The notes under the pieces are model-generated. The model was not told the DNA's origin. It saw only the letters and a list, made by a program, of their open reading frames with translations, and made no database searches. A stretch of DNA of 64,000 nucleotides from Nitrospiraceae bacterium. GTDB taxonomy: Bacteria > Nitrospirota > Nitrospiria > Nitrospirales > Nitrospiraceae. The stretch is taken from positions 96,001 to 160,000 of the forward strand of contig JBFWWG010000006.1 of assembly GCA_050246315.1 (NCBI GenBank), in the 5' to 3' direction. A program made the translations under genes and the position numbers. Each line of letters begins with the position of its first letter. The stretch's first letter is position 1. This document shows, piece after piece, positions 49,840 to 59,553 of this stretch.

Positions 49840-50778
49840 TTATTCGTAGGCTTGGTCCCGGTCCGAGATTTGGAACTCCGGGGTCGCCAGCTGAAGCACC
49901 GTCAGGCCGTACTTGATGAGGTCTGACGCGGTCGTCCATCTTCGCTTCGCACCCAAGAGCACGAGCAGCAGCTCCCGCCCGTCCTGTGAGACCTTTGCAA
50001 TCAGACAACGGCCGGCCTTGGACGTAAACCCGGTTTTCACCCCTTCCACTCCCGGCACTCGTCCCAACAGGCGATTGGTATTGTGCAGCAGATAGACCCG
50101 ATTCCCGTTGATCGGTGAGATGAGGTCGCGTTCTTGTCGGACCAAATCTCGAAAGATCGGATTCTCCAGCGCAATTTCGCTGAGGGTCGCCAGATCTTCC
50201 GCGGTCGTGTAATGACCGGGAACGTCAAATCCGCAGGGATTCCCAAAGTGGGTGTCCTTGAGTCCTAAGGCCACGGCCTTCGTGTTCATCAACTCCACGA
50301 AACTGACCTCGTCCGAGGCCACATGCTCCACTGCCGCGACACAGGCGTCGTTGGCGGACACGATCAGCATGGCTTTCAACAAGTCCTCCAGCCTGAACAC
50401 CTGACCAGGCCGCAAGCGGAGTCGCACCTTGTGGGCTCGGGCCGCGCGCTCACTGATCACCACCTCGTCATTCAAATTCCCCTGTTCGAGAATGATGAGC
50501 GCCGACATGATCTTCGTCAGACTGGCAGGAGACAGTCGTACGCCCGCCCGGAACTGATAAAGCGTTTGACCGCTCTTCATGTCTTTGAGGAGAATGCCGT
50601 GAGCCGGGACATGTCGCCACTTGAGCAGCCGGAGACTCTTCGTGGCCTTGTGCGTCAGTCCGGGCGGTTGACTTTCTTCAGCCTGAGCCCAGGCGCCGAC
50701 GCCGCTCATCCCCCCGATCACCCAGAAGAGGAGGACCCGGACAACGACTCGTAGGACCTGCGCTCGCGCAGGCGTCAC
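49840..50778 (-). CDS. D-alanyl-D-alanine carboxypeptidase (peptidase S11)
   Basis: ASLTK (SxxK), SAN (SxN), KTG. Confidence 0.92.
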   Translation of the reverse strand: MTPARAQVLRVVVRVLLFWVIGGMSGVGAWAQAEESQPPGLTHKATKSLRLLKWRHVPAHGILLKDMKSGQTLYQFRAGVRLSPASLTKIMSALIILEQGNLNDEVVISERAARAHKVRLRLRPGQVFRLEDLLKAMLIVSANDACVAAVEHVASDEVSFVELMNTKAVALGLKDTHFGNPCGFDVPGHYTTAEDLATLSEIALENPIFRDLVRQERDLISPINGNRVYLLHNTNRLLGRVPGVEGVKTGFTSKAGRCLIAKVSQDGRELLLVLLGAKRRWTTASDLIKYGLTVLQLATPEFQISDRDQAYE

Positions 50779-50826
50779 GGCAGTCGCCTCAACAGGATAC
50801 CCGTCGATGAAAATACCCAGGACATA

Positions 50827-51015
50827 TCAGAGAGTGAATTCCTCGCGGACCTTTCGGCCCCGCACTCCGCTCTCGATAACGCGATGGAAGAATCGCAGCA
50901 GGTCCGCCAGGTCAAGCCAGAACCCACAATTGATGCAGCGCGCATACAGGCGTCGGCTCAGCATCGTGTAATGCCGCTCAATCAGCATGCACCCCTTACA
51001 CTTGAGACAATGCAT
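50827..51015 (-). CDS. Small zinc-ribbon protein
   Basis: CLKC...RCINCG. Confidence 0.7.
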   Translation of the reverse strand: MHCLKCKGCMLIERHYTMLSRRLYARCINCGFWLDLADLLRFFHRVIESGVRGRKVREEFTL

Positions 51016-51115
51016 CGTCAGTTCGCACAATCCAGGGGCAGCACCCGCGTAGACGCCGCCCTATCTTGCTCATTCCCTTCAAGGGCCTTGACCGGCCCGT
51101 GCCCTGGTTGGTTAC

Positions 51116-51331
51116 CTAGCCCGCATTATTCATGAACGTTTCTACTACAATTGCGGACTCGCTGCTGCGACAAGCCTGCACACTCTTTCCACGGTGCAGG
51201 CGGGCCGGTTCGCCGCTCGCCCCCTCAATATGCTGTTTCAAGCATGCTTCGGGGTCTTGCGCCTCCATGGGCTCGTCTCGCCACGCGACTCCGCCATTTC
51301 GTGACGAACTGTCATGAATAATGCGGGCTAG
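51116..51331. mobile_element. MITE family A, best-preserved copy
   Basis: Perfect 20-bp inverted ends CTAGCCCGCATTATTCATGA / TCATGAATAATGCGGGCTAG. Confidence 0.9.
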
Positions 51332-51570
51332 CGGAGACGATTGATAATCAGCGCCAGACAGCCAGCAAGAATGCCTCCTCCGAGGATCGTCATGAGAAAC
51401 GACACATAGGCCGGCGTACTGCCGCTGGGATGATGGCCGTAGACAAGATCCCGCACCCCACCTTGCACCATGAGGACCGCTAACGTGGTCAAGGACCCCA
51501 TGGCGAACCACCAGACGAAGGTCCTCACCGGACTCCGAGAGGATGAATGGCAGGCGAGTGGCGCTGACAA
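51328..51570 (-). CDS. Small two-TM membrane protein
   Basis: Two hydrophobic segments; upstream TTGACA-17-TACCAT (51621-51593); stop lies in MITE CTAG. Confidence 0.55.
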   Translation of the reverse strand: MSAPLACHSSSRSPVRTFVWWFAMGSLTTLAVLMVQGGVRDLVYGHHPSGSTPAYVSFLMTILGGGILAGCLALIINRLR

Positions 51571-51664
51571 TCAGGCATCGACACGTGCGCAAATGGTACG
51601 TGCGAGGTATCACCCTGTCAAGGAAAATACCAGCTCGGGCCTCACCGCTGCGCGATCAGCGCGA

Positions 51665-52912
51665 CTACCCCTTACCCACCTCCTGCGTTGGAGGCGGAGA
51701 TTTGAATCCGCGATGCAAGAACACCGAGACGCTCCCTGCTCCATTGTTGGCGATGACCAATCCAGGGACCGCCGTCTGTTCGGTCATGACGGAAAAATCC
51801 GCGAGCGCGAACGGCCCTCCTTTGGTTCGATAGTTTCTGGGCGGGTACCGGAACGTGCCGTCTCCGCGTCCGAAAAGAATTGAGAGGTCGTTTGACTGAA
51901 TGTTGACAATGGCCACATCCAAGATCCGATCCCCGTCAAAATCCCTTGCCACTCCGTAATTGGGGCCGGCGTCGGCCCCTGATTCTTTGCCGGGCTGGAA
52001 GCTCCCGTCCCCCTTGCCGAGAAAAATCGTGAACGTATCCATCTCGCCGTTGATCACAAAGAGGTCATCGAGCTGATCGTTGTTAAAGTCCGCAACGCTG
52101 ACGCCCAGCGGACGTTTTCCCGTGCGATAATCGGTCGGACCGGTAAAGGAGCCGTCGCCTCTGCCCATCCACACGGACACGGCGTTCGACATACGCCCTC
52201 CGTTCGTCACCAGCAGATCCGGCTTACCATCGGCGTTCAGATCCTTGAGTACCAGCGAAGTCGGCGTGTCCCCGTATTCATAAAGCGGCCCGTCCGAGAA
52301 TTCCCCATTGCCGCGTCCGAGGAGAATCTTGATCTTGTCGTTGCGAAGCGCCACGGCCAGGTCGATGGTGCCGTCGCCGTCCACATCCGCCCCGTCGATG
52401 GAAACCGGGATCTTGTGAACGGTATACAGGTGCGCTTCTTGAAAGCCGCCCTCCGGACGTCCCAGATAGATGCCGATCTGATCGCTGCCCGCGCACACGA
52501 TCGCCATATCGCCGAGCCCATCATGGTTGAGATCCTTCACCGCCAGGGCCCGCGGCTCCGCACAGACCTTCATCTGAATCTGATCCTTGAAGCTACCGTC
52601 GCCGTTGCCCATGAGAAACGACAAGGTGTTGTTGCCGATATTGGTTGTAACCACATCGGTCACTCCGTCATGATCGAAATCAGCGGTGGTGACGCTGGTC
52701 GGATTTCTCCCAACTGCATAGTGGGCGTATAGATAAAACAGGTCGGGCGGATCGTAGGCGTCGGTCTTGGGACAACCCCACAGCCCCGCGAGGAGGGCAC
52801 TCGCAACCAGCATCATGGCCGAGACGTGGCGGATGCGCCATGATGTCGCTTGGAAAGGGTACATGGAACGCGGGACCTTGGCCGTCGGTGCAGCGCGAGT
52901 ATACTTGGTCAT
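51665..52912 (-). CDS. FG-GAP/VCBS repeat lipoprotein (beta-propeller)
   Basis: Repeated D(F/L)NxDGxxD...GxGDGSF units; LWG-C lipobox; start uncertain. Confidence 0.88.
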   Translation of the reverse strand: MTKYTRAAPTAKVPRSMYPFQATSWRIRHVSAMMLVASALLAGLWGCPKTDAYDPPDLFYLYAHYAVGRNPTSVTTADFDHDGVTDVVTTNIGNNTLSFLMGNGDGSFKDQIQMKVCAEPRALAVKDLNHDGLGDMAIVCAGSDQIGIYLGRPEGGFQEAHLYTVHKIPVSIDGADVDGDGTIDLAVALRNDKIKILLGRGNGEFSDGPLYEYGDTPTSLVLKDLNADGKPDLLVTNGGRMSNAVSVWMGRGDGSFTGPTDYRTGKRPLGVSVADFNNDQLDDLFVINGEMDTFTIFLGKGDGSFQPGKESGADAGPNYGVARDFDGDRILDVAIVNIQSNDLSILFGRGDGTFRYPPRNYRTKGGPFALADFSVMTEQTAVPGLVIANNGAGSVSVFLHRGFKSPPPTQEVGKG

Positions 52913-53239
52913 CGCCGAACAGAACAACCATCGGCCCGACGGGTACGTGCCTGAGCCACGACCGTACCGGCTGATGCGAGGCCGACCGCAGACCATGCGG
53001 TACGGGGGAGCGCCGGGATTTCTCAAAAATTGAAATATGCCTCGTGTCTGAGCTACCATAATACCTTCATACATGTCGCCGGATAGACGGAAGTCCATGA
53101 CGCGCTTTGTCCGGCAGCTACGAGCCATCGCAGGGGCGGGTTCTCGCGAAAATGTTATTAGGAGCCTGTCCGGTGGCAGTAGTGACGAGAGGGCCCAGAA
53201 GAGCCAACGGTGCTCATGAAGCTTGATAGGGAGGGATCT

Positions 53240-53560
53240 ATGGCAGAGAAGATGAAGATCGATTTAACCATGTACGGCATCGCCGAAGTGTTGAAGTGGT
53301 GCCACGACCGCAACAACGGACGGGTACCTGGAGTAGATACAGAGGGGTTTAAGAAAATGCAGGCGCTGGTTGCCGAGAAGCCTCAAGCCGGCGACTACTT
53401 CACACTTGACCAGTTTTGGAAGAAAAACGTGACGCTGGAGTTCACACCGGAGGAGGTCCAGGTGATCGACCGGTGTCTCTACGACATTCCCAACTTCGAC
53501 AACGTACCCCTACCCCAAATCCGGCACAAGTTTTGGCCCCAGCACTCCGGCGTCCACTGA
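53240..53560 (+). CDS. Hypothetical protein
   Basis: GGGAGG RBS; protein-like sequence. Confidence 0.75.
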   Translation: MAEKMKIDLTMYGIAEVLKWCHDRNNGRVPGVDTEGFKKMQALVAEKPQAGDYFTLDQFWKKNVTLEFTPEEVQVIDRCLYDIPNFDNVPLPQIRHKFWPQHSGVH

Positions 53561-53841
53561 TTCCTGCGTATGGAGCCGACATAACCAGCGATTACGTTTG
53601 CTCCGCAATCGCTCGCCGAGGCCGCGCCTCTCCAGAGGCGCGGCCTCACCGGGTGAGGAGTCGAAGGAGATACCTGCCGCACTTCATATGGACCAGCGGC
53701 TCATCGGGGAAAGCCCATCCGAGTTGGCGTTGCTGGCGAGACCCACCAGCGAGTTTCGAGCCTCATCCGCGCTTCGTACGATCCGGCCGCCCATCGGATA
53801 GATCTCGACGAACAGATAAATCTCTTCAGGGTTGAGCCTCT

Positions 53842-54065
53842 TCGCGCATCACCCATTGCATGGACAAGAGCAATGGGTACTCCACGCGGAGCCGCGAGGC
53901 AGGAAGGTGTACTTGAAACCGTATGCCGATCGAGCGGCGAGCCTGCCAGCTTGGGAGCGGAGAACTCGCGCCCAAGCTAGTCGCCGCTGAGGCACCCGTT
54001 GCATCTTGATCGCAACGGGTCGCACGGTGGTTGCAGCAGAAGTGCTCATGAATAATGTGGGCTAG
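53842..54065. mobile_element. MITE family A, right end intact, left end not recognisable
   Basis: TCATGAATAATGTGGGCTAG end; CACCCATTGCA...GCAATGGG module shared with the 48.7 kb copy. Confidence 0.75.
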
Positions 54066-55060
54066 AGTGATCCTTCCCCCTTGAGATACTTCCTGAACCG
54101 GTCCATCAGCTCAGCACCCAGCGTGCCGCCTTCGGGTTTCTTCGTCTCCGGATCGGCAAAGTGCTGTCGAATGTCCTGAAGCCGCTTTTCGGCCTGATCG
54201 TTTCCCTGCAGCCGCTTCGTCTTCTGGAGCGCAGTCTCAAAGGCATCGAACGTGAGTTCCCGGAAACCGTAGGAGCGGATGCGTTTCACCGCCTTCATCA
54301 TGGCTTGGTTCCGAAACTGCGTGAGGTGATCTGAATCGATCTCCATGAGTCCGAGTTTGCGTGCCCGTCGTTCGGCGGCCTTCCGAATGCCGCTCCGGAC
54401 GAAGTCGGGCGAGGTCTGCAACCGCTTCCAGGCTTCATCGGACCAGCCGACCCGTTCTTGCGGTCGGTCCCACACCTGAACCAGTGCCGCCTCATCGATT
54501 CGCGACAGTCCCTGCTCACGGGCCATCTCTTCAGTGTCGCGCTTGAGCATGTCGGCCACAAATTCTTGGGCGATGGCCGGTGCTTCCTTGATCTTCTCCT
54601 GAAGCCTGCCCGCCGCCCCTTCGGTCCACTCCATCGGAGGCGCGGCGGCCTCCTGAAGATCTCCCAAAGCTTCGACCTTTTCGAAAAGATCGACGTTGAC
54701 CTCCATATGCCCATGTTCGCGAGCCAGTTCTTCGGCGATCTGCTTGATCATGTGGCGCATGAACTCCGGTACGGAATCCAATCGGGCTTGCGCCGCCGCC
54801 GTCCATGGCAATCGCCCGGCCTGCATCTGAGACGCCGCTTGGGCCATCCCGGCGCTCCCGCCCATGCTGCCCATCATCTGCCCCTTGAATTGATCGAGAA
54901 TCTCTTCCGTAATCGTGCCGTACCCCAACTCACGGGCCTTCTTTTCTGCCAAACGTTTGACCATGCCCCGCAAGAAGGCCGGTGCGCGCTCCATCCGTTG
55001 GAGCGCTTCCGGAGTCCACATGATATCGTCGAACGCGATTGGTGAGGTTGACTCGGCCAT
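54062..55060 (-). CDS. Protein with four PCP_red-like repeats
   Basis: Repeated WTxxAxxRLxxxPxF(M/L/V)R...AE..AR..G units. Confidence 0.85.
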   Translation of the reverse strand: MAESTSPIAFDDIMWTPEALQRMERAPAFLRGMVKRLAEKKARELGYGTITEEILDQFKGQMMGSMGGSAGMAQAASQMQAGRLPWTAAAQARLDSVPEFMRHMIKQIAEELAREHGHMEVNVDLFEKVEALGDLQEAAAPPMEWTEGAAGRLQEKIKEAPAIAQEFVADMLKRDTEEMAREQGLSRIDEAALVQVWDRPQERVGWSDEAWKRLQTSPDFVRSGIRKAAERRARKLGLMEIDSDHLTQFRNQAMMKAVKRIRSYGFRELTFDAFETALQKTKRLQGNDQAEKRLQDIRQHFADPETKKPEGGTLGAELMDRFRKYLKGEGSL

Positions 55061-55092
55061 GATGACGCCTCGTACCTGTTGTGTCGTGAACG

Positions 55093-55371
55093 TTATTGAT
55101 TCAACAGCTCCTTCAATTCCTTGCCCGCCTTGAAAAACGGGACCTTCTTGGCCGGGACGGCCACGGTCGCGCCGGTTTTCGGATTCCGCCCCTCCTTCAT
55201 CCGACGCGAGCGAAGACGAAAGCTGCCGAACCCGCGAATCTCGGTCTTATCGCCGGCCCGCAAGGAATCACGGATGCTGTCAAAGACCGTATTGACCACG
55301 ATCTCGGCCTGGCGCTTCGTCAATGTCGGCACCTGCTCCGACAACCGTTCGATGATTTGGGCTTTCGTCAT
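55093..55371 (-). CDS. ihfB: Integration host factor beta subunit
   Basis: EIRGFGSF, GRNPKTG, FKAGKELKE; rpsA-sppA-ihfB order. Confidence 0.9.
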   Translation of the reverse strand: MTKAQIIERLSEQVPTLTKRQAEIVVNTVFDSIRDSLRAGDKTEIRGFGSFRLRSRRMKEGRNPKTGATVAVPAKKVPFFKAGKELKELLNQ

Positions 55372-55412
55372 TCAACCCCCTTCCTCCGCTGCATGAAAGA
55401 CCGGCGCGGCCG

Positions 55413-56312
55413 TCAATAGGCCATCAAGTACTTCAGATTCACTCCGGGATGCCAATCGAACTCCGGCAATGCCCCCGACAATTTCGTTTCGATCAGCTCG
55501 CGAATCGAAAACCGCTTCCTCGGTTCCACCACTTGAGGCTCCCCTTCGATGCCGGCCAAATCCGCGGCCAGTTGAATGGCATCATCCAGATCCCCGAGTT
55601 CATCGACCAGCTTCATGTCCCTCGCCTGCCGCCCGGTGAACACCCGTCCGTCCGCGAACGTGTGCACATCGGCGAGAGCAAGCGACCGCCCCTCCGACAC
55701 CGCCTCGATGAATTGTTGATGAACGTCGTCCATCACGGTTTGGAGGACGGTGCGCTCCTCATCCGTCATTTTCCGGAGCGGCGAGCCGACATCCTTGAAC
55801 CGCCCGGACTTGATCACGACGCCTTCGACCCCAAGCTTCTTGAGTAAGCCTTCCAGGTTGGCAGTCTCCATAATCACGCCGATGCTGCCGGTTAACGTGC
55901 CGGGATTCGCCATAATCCGGTCGCTGGCTACCGCGATATAATACCCTCCCGATGCGGCAACGGTTCCCATCGACACAACCACGGCCTTGTTCGTCCTGGT
56001 TCGCAGCCGCCTGACGGCCTCGTAAATTTCCTGAGACGGCACCACTCCTCCCCCGGGGCTGTCGATCCGCAGCACGATCGCCTTGACCGACGGGTTGTCG
56101 CCGAACCGTTTCAGCTCGCCCACCGTCTCTTTGGAATCCACGATGACCCCTTCGATCCTGATCAGCGCCACACGGTCCTCCCCGAGCATCTCCAGCCCGG
56201 GGAGGATCCAACTGCCGAGTAGCGTCAATAGGGTTCCGAGCACGAGAATCCAGAGCGTCAGCCGCCACCCCTTCTTGCGGGATTTCGCTTCTGCCACCGA
56301 CGCCTCCGTCAT
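55413..56312 (-). CDS. sppA: Signal peptide peptidase SppA (36K type)
   Basis: IDSPGG, AASGGYY, TGSIGV, DGRVFTG. Confidence 0.94.
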   Translation of the reverse strand: MTEASVAEAKSRKKGWRLTLWILVLGTLLTLLGSWILPGLEMLGEDRVALIRIEGVIVDSKETVGELKRFGDNPSVKAIVLRIDSPGGGVVPSQEIYEAVRRLRTRTNKAVVVSMGTVAASGGYYIAVASDRIMANPGTLTGSIGVIMETANLEGLLKKLGVEGVVIKSGRFKDVGSPLRKMTDEERTVLQTVMDDVHQQFIEAVSEGRSLALADVHTFADGRVFTGRQARDMKLVDELGDLDDAIQLAADLAGIEGEPQVVEPRKRFSIRELIETKLSGALPEFDWHPGVNLKYLMAY

Positions 56313-56362
56313 GCTCGCATCGCTCTTTCTTCGGGGCGGGTCGTGAATCCACCGACGACCGT

Positions 56363-58072
56363 TTATTCGTCGTCGCCCTTGCCGCGCTTCCGCTGCTTGA
56401 CCGCACGGCCGAGGCTCTGGTCCACCGCGCCTTGAGAGGCATGGAATTCGTCCACCTGCCGCGACTCCACATCCGAGTGGTGGTCCCGCTGGCTCAGCGC
56501 GATCTTCCGCTCCTCCCGATCGACCTTAATAATCTTGGCGGTCACTTCATCCTGGAGCTTAAAGGCCTCTTCGAGTCGGCCGGACGGCTCCATTCTGGTT
56601 TCGCTCACGTGGATCAACCCTTCGACCCCGCCCTCCAACTCGACGAACACACCAAAATCCACCACCTTGCTGACCCGCCCCATGACGGTATCGCCCACAT
56701 GGAACCGGGCGGGGATCTCATCGTCCCAGGGATCGCGTGCCAACTGCTTGTACCCCAAGGACAGCCGTTCCTTCTCTTTGTCGATCCGGAGCACGAGGGC
56801 CTCGACCTTCTGGCCCTTCTTGAAGAGCTCCGACGGGTGCTTGATGTGCTTGACCCATGACATGTCGGAAATGTGGATGAGCCCATCGATCCCCTCGTCC
56901 AAACCCACAAACGCGCCGAAATCGGTCAGGCTCTTGATCTTGCCTTCGATCCTCGTCCCGGCCGGATATTTGGTCTCGACCACGTCCCATGGATTCGGCG
57001 CGGTTTGCTTCATCCCGAGGGAGATCTTCCGGTTGCCCGGGTCCACATTCAGCACGGCCGCCTCAACCTGATCGCCGATCGACACGACTTTGGAAGGATG
57101 GCGGACTTCGTGCGTCCAGGACATTTCGGATACGTGGACCAAGCCTTCCACACCCGGCTCCAACTCGATAAACGCGCCGTAGTCGGTGAGACTGACCACT
57201 CTCCCCTTCACCCTTGTCCCGATCGGATACTTCACCGCCACGTTGGTCCAGGGATCCGCCGTTTTCTGTTTGAGTCCGAGAGAGATCCGTCCGGTTTCCC
57301 GATCGTACTTGAGCACGGTCACTTCCACACGGTCTCCGATCTGGAACATTTCGGAGGGATGGCCGACTCGGCCCCACGACATATCGGTGATGTGCAGCAA
57401 TCCGTCGATGCCACCCAGATCGATGAAGGCGCCGTAGTCGGTGATATTCTTCACCATGCCTTGGATCAACTGGCCTTCCCGCAGATTCGCCAAGGTGGTC
57501 TGGCGGTTCCGGTCGCGCGTCTCTTCGAGGAGCACGCGCCGGGACACCACCACGTTCCCGCGCCGGTGGTTGATCTTGATGATCTTCATCGGGAAGACCT
57601 TTCCAATCAATCCGTCGAGATCGCGAACCGGATGGAGGTCGATCTGCGATCCCGGCAAGAAGGCCTTCACGCCGATGTCCACCATCATCCCGCCCTTGAT
57701 CTTGGAGAGAATCTTTCCCTCCACATGCTTCTCTTCTTTGAAGATCTTTTCCAGATCCTCCCAGATCTTCATCTTGTCGGCCTTCTCTTTCGACAAGACG
57801 AGATTGCCCTCCGAATCCTCCGTGTCCTCGATATAGACCTGAACCCGGTCGCCGACCTTCAGGTGGCTCAATTCTTCCTGAGAGAACTGCTCGAGCGAGA
57901 TGAGCCCTTCCGACTTATATCCGATATCGACGACGATTTTATCCTTCCCAATGGCGACGATACGTCCCTCGACGATCGTCCCCTCTTCGAAATTCCGAAA
58001 CGTCTCCTCATAGAGGGACTCCATGGCCCCCCGATCCAAATGTTGACCTGTCGGCTGCGTGGCAATAGTCAT
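56363..58072 (-). CDS. rpsA: 30S ribosomal protein S1
   Basis: Six S1 repeats (DYGAFIDLGGIDGLLHITDMSW etc.). Confidence 0.98.
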   Translation of the reverse strand: MTIATQPTGQHLDRGAMESLYEETFRNFEEGTIVEGRIVAIGKDKIVVDIGYKSEGLISLEQFSQEELSHLKVGDRVQVYIEDTEDSEGNLVLSKEKADKMKIWEDLEKIFKEEKHVEGKILSKIKGGMMVDIGVKAFLPGSQIDLHPVRDLDGLIGKVFPMKIIKINHRRGNVVVSRRVLLEETRDRNRQTTLANLREGQLIQGMVKNITDYGAFIDLGGIDGLLHITDMSWGRVGHPSEMFQIGDRVEVTVLKYDRETGRISLGLKQKTADPWTNVAVKYPIGTRVKGRVVSLTDYGAFIELEPGVEGLVHVSEMSWTHEVRHPSKVVSIGDQVEAAVLNVDPGNRKISLGMKQTAPNPWDVVETKYPAGTRIEGKIKSLTDFGAFVGLDEGIDGLIHISDMSWVKHIKHPSELFKKGQKVEALVLRIDKEKERLSLGYKQLARDPWDDEIPARFHVGDTVMGRVSKVVDFGVFVELEGGVEGLIHVSETRMEPSGRLEEAFKLQDEVTAKIIKVDREERKIALSQRDHHSDVESRQVDEFHASQGAVDQSLGRAVKQRKRGKGDDE

Positions 58073-58117
58073 GACGATACAACCCAATCCTCCGAACTCT
58101 GTCGGGTGCTGATATGA

Positions 58118-58834
58118 TTATGACCCATGGCCGCTCTCAGCGCTGAGCGACTGTGGGGCCGGTGGTTCGTGTGTCACGCCAGCGGAAGAGGCTCCTCTTG
58201 GTTTCGCCTCCCGTGGTGGCTCGACACCTCCCAATTCCGCAATCTTCAGCATCACACGCCGGCTCACCTCTCGATAAAACGTCTTTTCCGGCCACTCCCC
58301 CGGTTTCCCATCGAAGGAGAGCGCCGGCCCAAACCGCACAGACAACGGTCGCATACGGGGCCACGATGCGCCCGGCGGCAACACGTCATAGGTCCCTCCA
58401 ATGTGAACGGGAATCACCGGACATCCGGTTTGTGCGACCACAAGGCCGATTCCTGGTTTTCCCGCTCTCAGCTTCCCGGTGAGACTTCGTCCGCCCTCCG
58501 GGTAAATGACCACCGCCTTTCCCTGGCGAATGAGGTCGATCGCCAGTTCGAATCCTTTTCGATCCAACCGATTCGCGCTGATCGGAATCCAGCCCAAGGC
58601 CCGAATCAGGGGCCTGAGCCATGAAAAAAACAAATCCCGCCGGCCCAGATGCCAGAGTCGGCGCCGGACGGCACAACCCAGAATGGGAATGTCCAGGTAG
58701 CTCGCGTGATTCGCAGCGAGAAGCACCCCGCTCTTCTTCGGAACATGCTCCTGACCCTCGACGCGGAATCGGAAGAACAGATGCGCAAGAGATCTGATCA
58801 GCATCCAGAGGATGCCATACAGCAACGAACTCAC
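58118..58834 (-). CDS. plsC: 1-acyl-sn-glycerol-3-phosphate acyltransferase
   Basis: NHASYLD, YPEGGRS, PVIPV. Confidence 0.9.
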   Translation of the reverse strand: MSSLLYGILWMLIRSLAHLFFRFRVEGQEHVPKKSGVLLAANHASYLDIPILGCAVRRRLWHLGRRDLFFSWLRPLIRALGWIPISANRLDRKGFELAIDLIRQGKAVVIYPEGGRSLTGKLRAGKPGIGLVVAQTGCPVIPVHIGGTYDVLPPGASWPRMRPLSVRFGPALSFDGKPGEWPEKTFYREVSRRVMLKIAELGGVEPPREAKPRGASSAGVTHEPPAPQSLSAESGHGS

Positions 58835-59553
58835 AGTTTGGCTGAAACGGCCGCCAGCATCTGCTGGAGCACGTGCTCGACGTCCAGGTTCGAAGTATCG
58901 ATGGTCAACGCGTCCGACGCCGGGACCAGCGGCGCATGCTCCCTGGTTCGATCTCGGGTATCACGGGCGGCCAACTCTTGGGTCGTGTCCTTCAGCGAGA
59001 CAGACCGTCCCGATGCTGCGAGTTCACGATAACGCCGTTGAGCGCGGACTTCAGGGGTAGCCTCCAGAAAAAACTTCACGTCCGCGGCAGGGAACACCCG
59101 GGTGCCCAGATCACGCCCGTCGGCCACCACGGCTCCCTGCTTCGCGATCTGTCGTTGCACCGGGAGCAGCCAGTCGCGAACCGTCGAAAGGGAGGAGATC
59201 ACGGACGCCATCGCGCTCGTGTCGGGAGCACGGAGGTCCTCGCTGACCTCGCATCCATCGACCGACACCCGCATCCCTTCGCCATCCGGATGGCGGATGT
59301 CCAGCCGCGTCGTCGCCAACAGTCGCTCCACACCCGCCGCATCGTCGGGTGCGACGCCGGCTTGCTTTACCTTCCAGGCCACTGCCCGGTACAGAGCGCC
59401 GGTATCGAGATAGAGATAGCCCAGCCGGGAAGCCAGTAGCTTCGCGACCGTACTCTTCCCCGCTCCGGCTGGTCCGTCGATGGTGATCACGAATGCGGAC
59501 CGCTGAGTGCGGCCGTGGGTATCGGCGGCTCGTGGCGCTTGTATTATAGACAT
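58831..59553 (-). CDS. cmk: Cytidylate kinase
   Basis: IDGPAGAGKST, DTGALYR, DGRDLGT, RD.RD..R. Confidence 0.96.
   Translation of the reverse strand: MSIIQAPRAADTHGRTQRSAFVITIDGPAGAGKSTVAKLLASRLGYLYLDTGALYRAVAWKVKQAGVAPDDAAGVERLLATTRLDIRHPDGEGMRVSVDGCEVSEDLRAPDTSAMASVISSLSTVRDWLLPVQRQIAKQGAVVADGRDLGTRVFPAADVKFFLEATPEVRAQRRYRELAASGRSVSLKDTTQELAARDTRDRTREHAPLVPASDALTIDTSNLDVEHVLQQMLAAVSAKL

Noticed and set aside
51116..51613. ORFs ending in MNNAG/MRNAG (also 48984-49673)
   Set aside because: These endings are translations of the MITE terminal repeat.
53159..53173. Second family B MITE (TAGGAGCCTGTCCGG)
   Set aside because: Only one short end; no partner inverted repeat nearby.
56873..58117. 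Long antisense ORFs (also 2634-3833, 27446-28504, 39749-40666, 40723-41619)
   Set aside because: Shadow frames of well-supported genes in GC-rich DNA.
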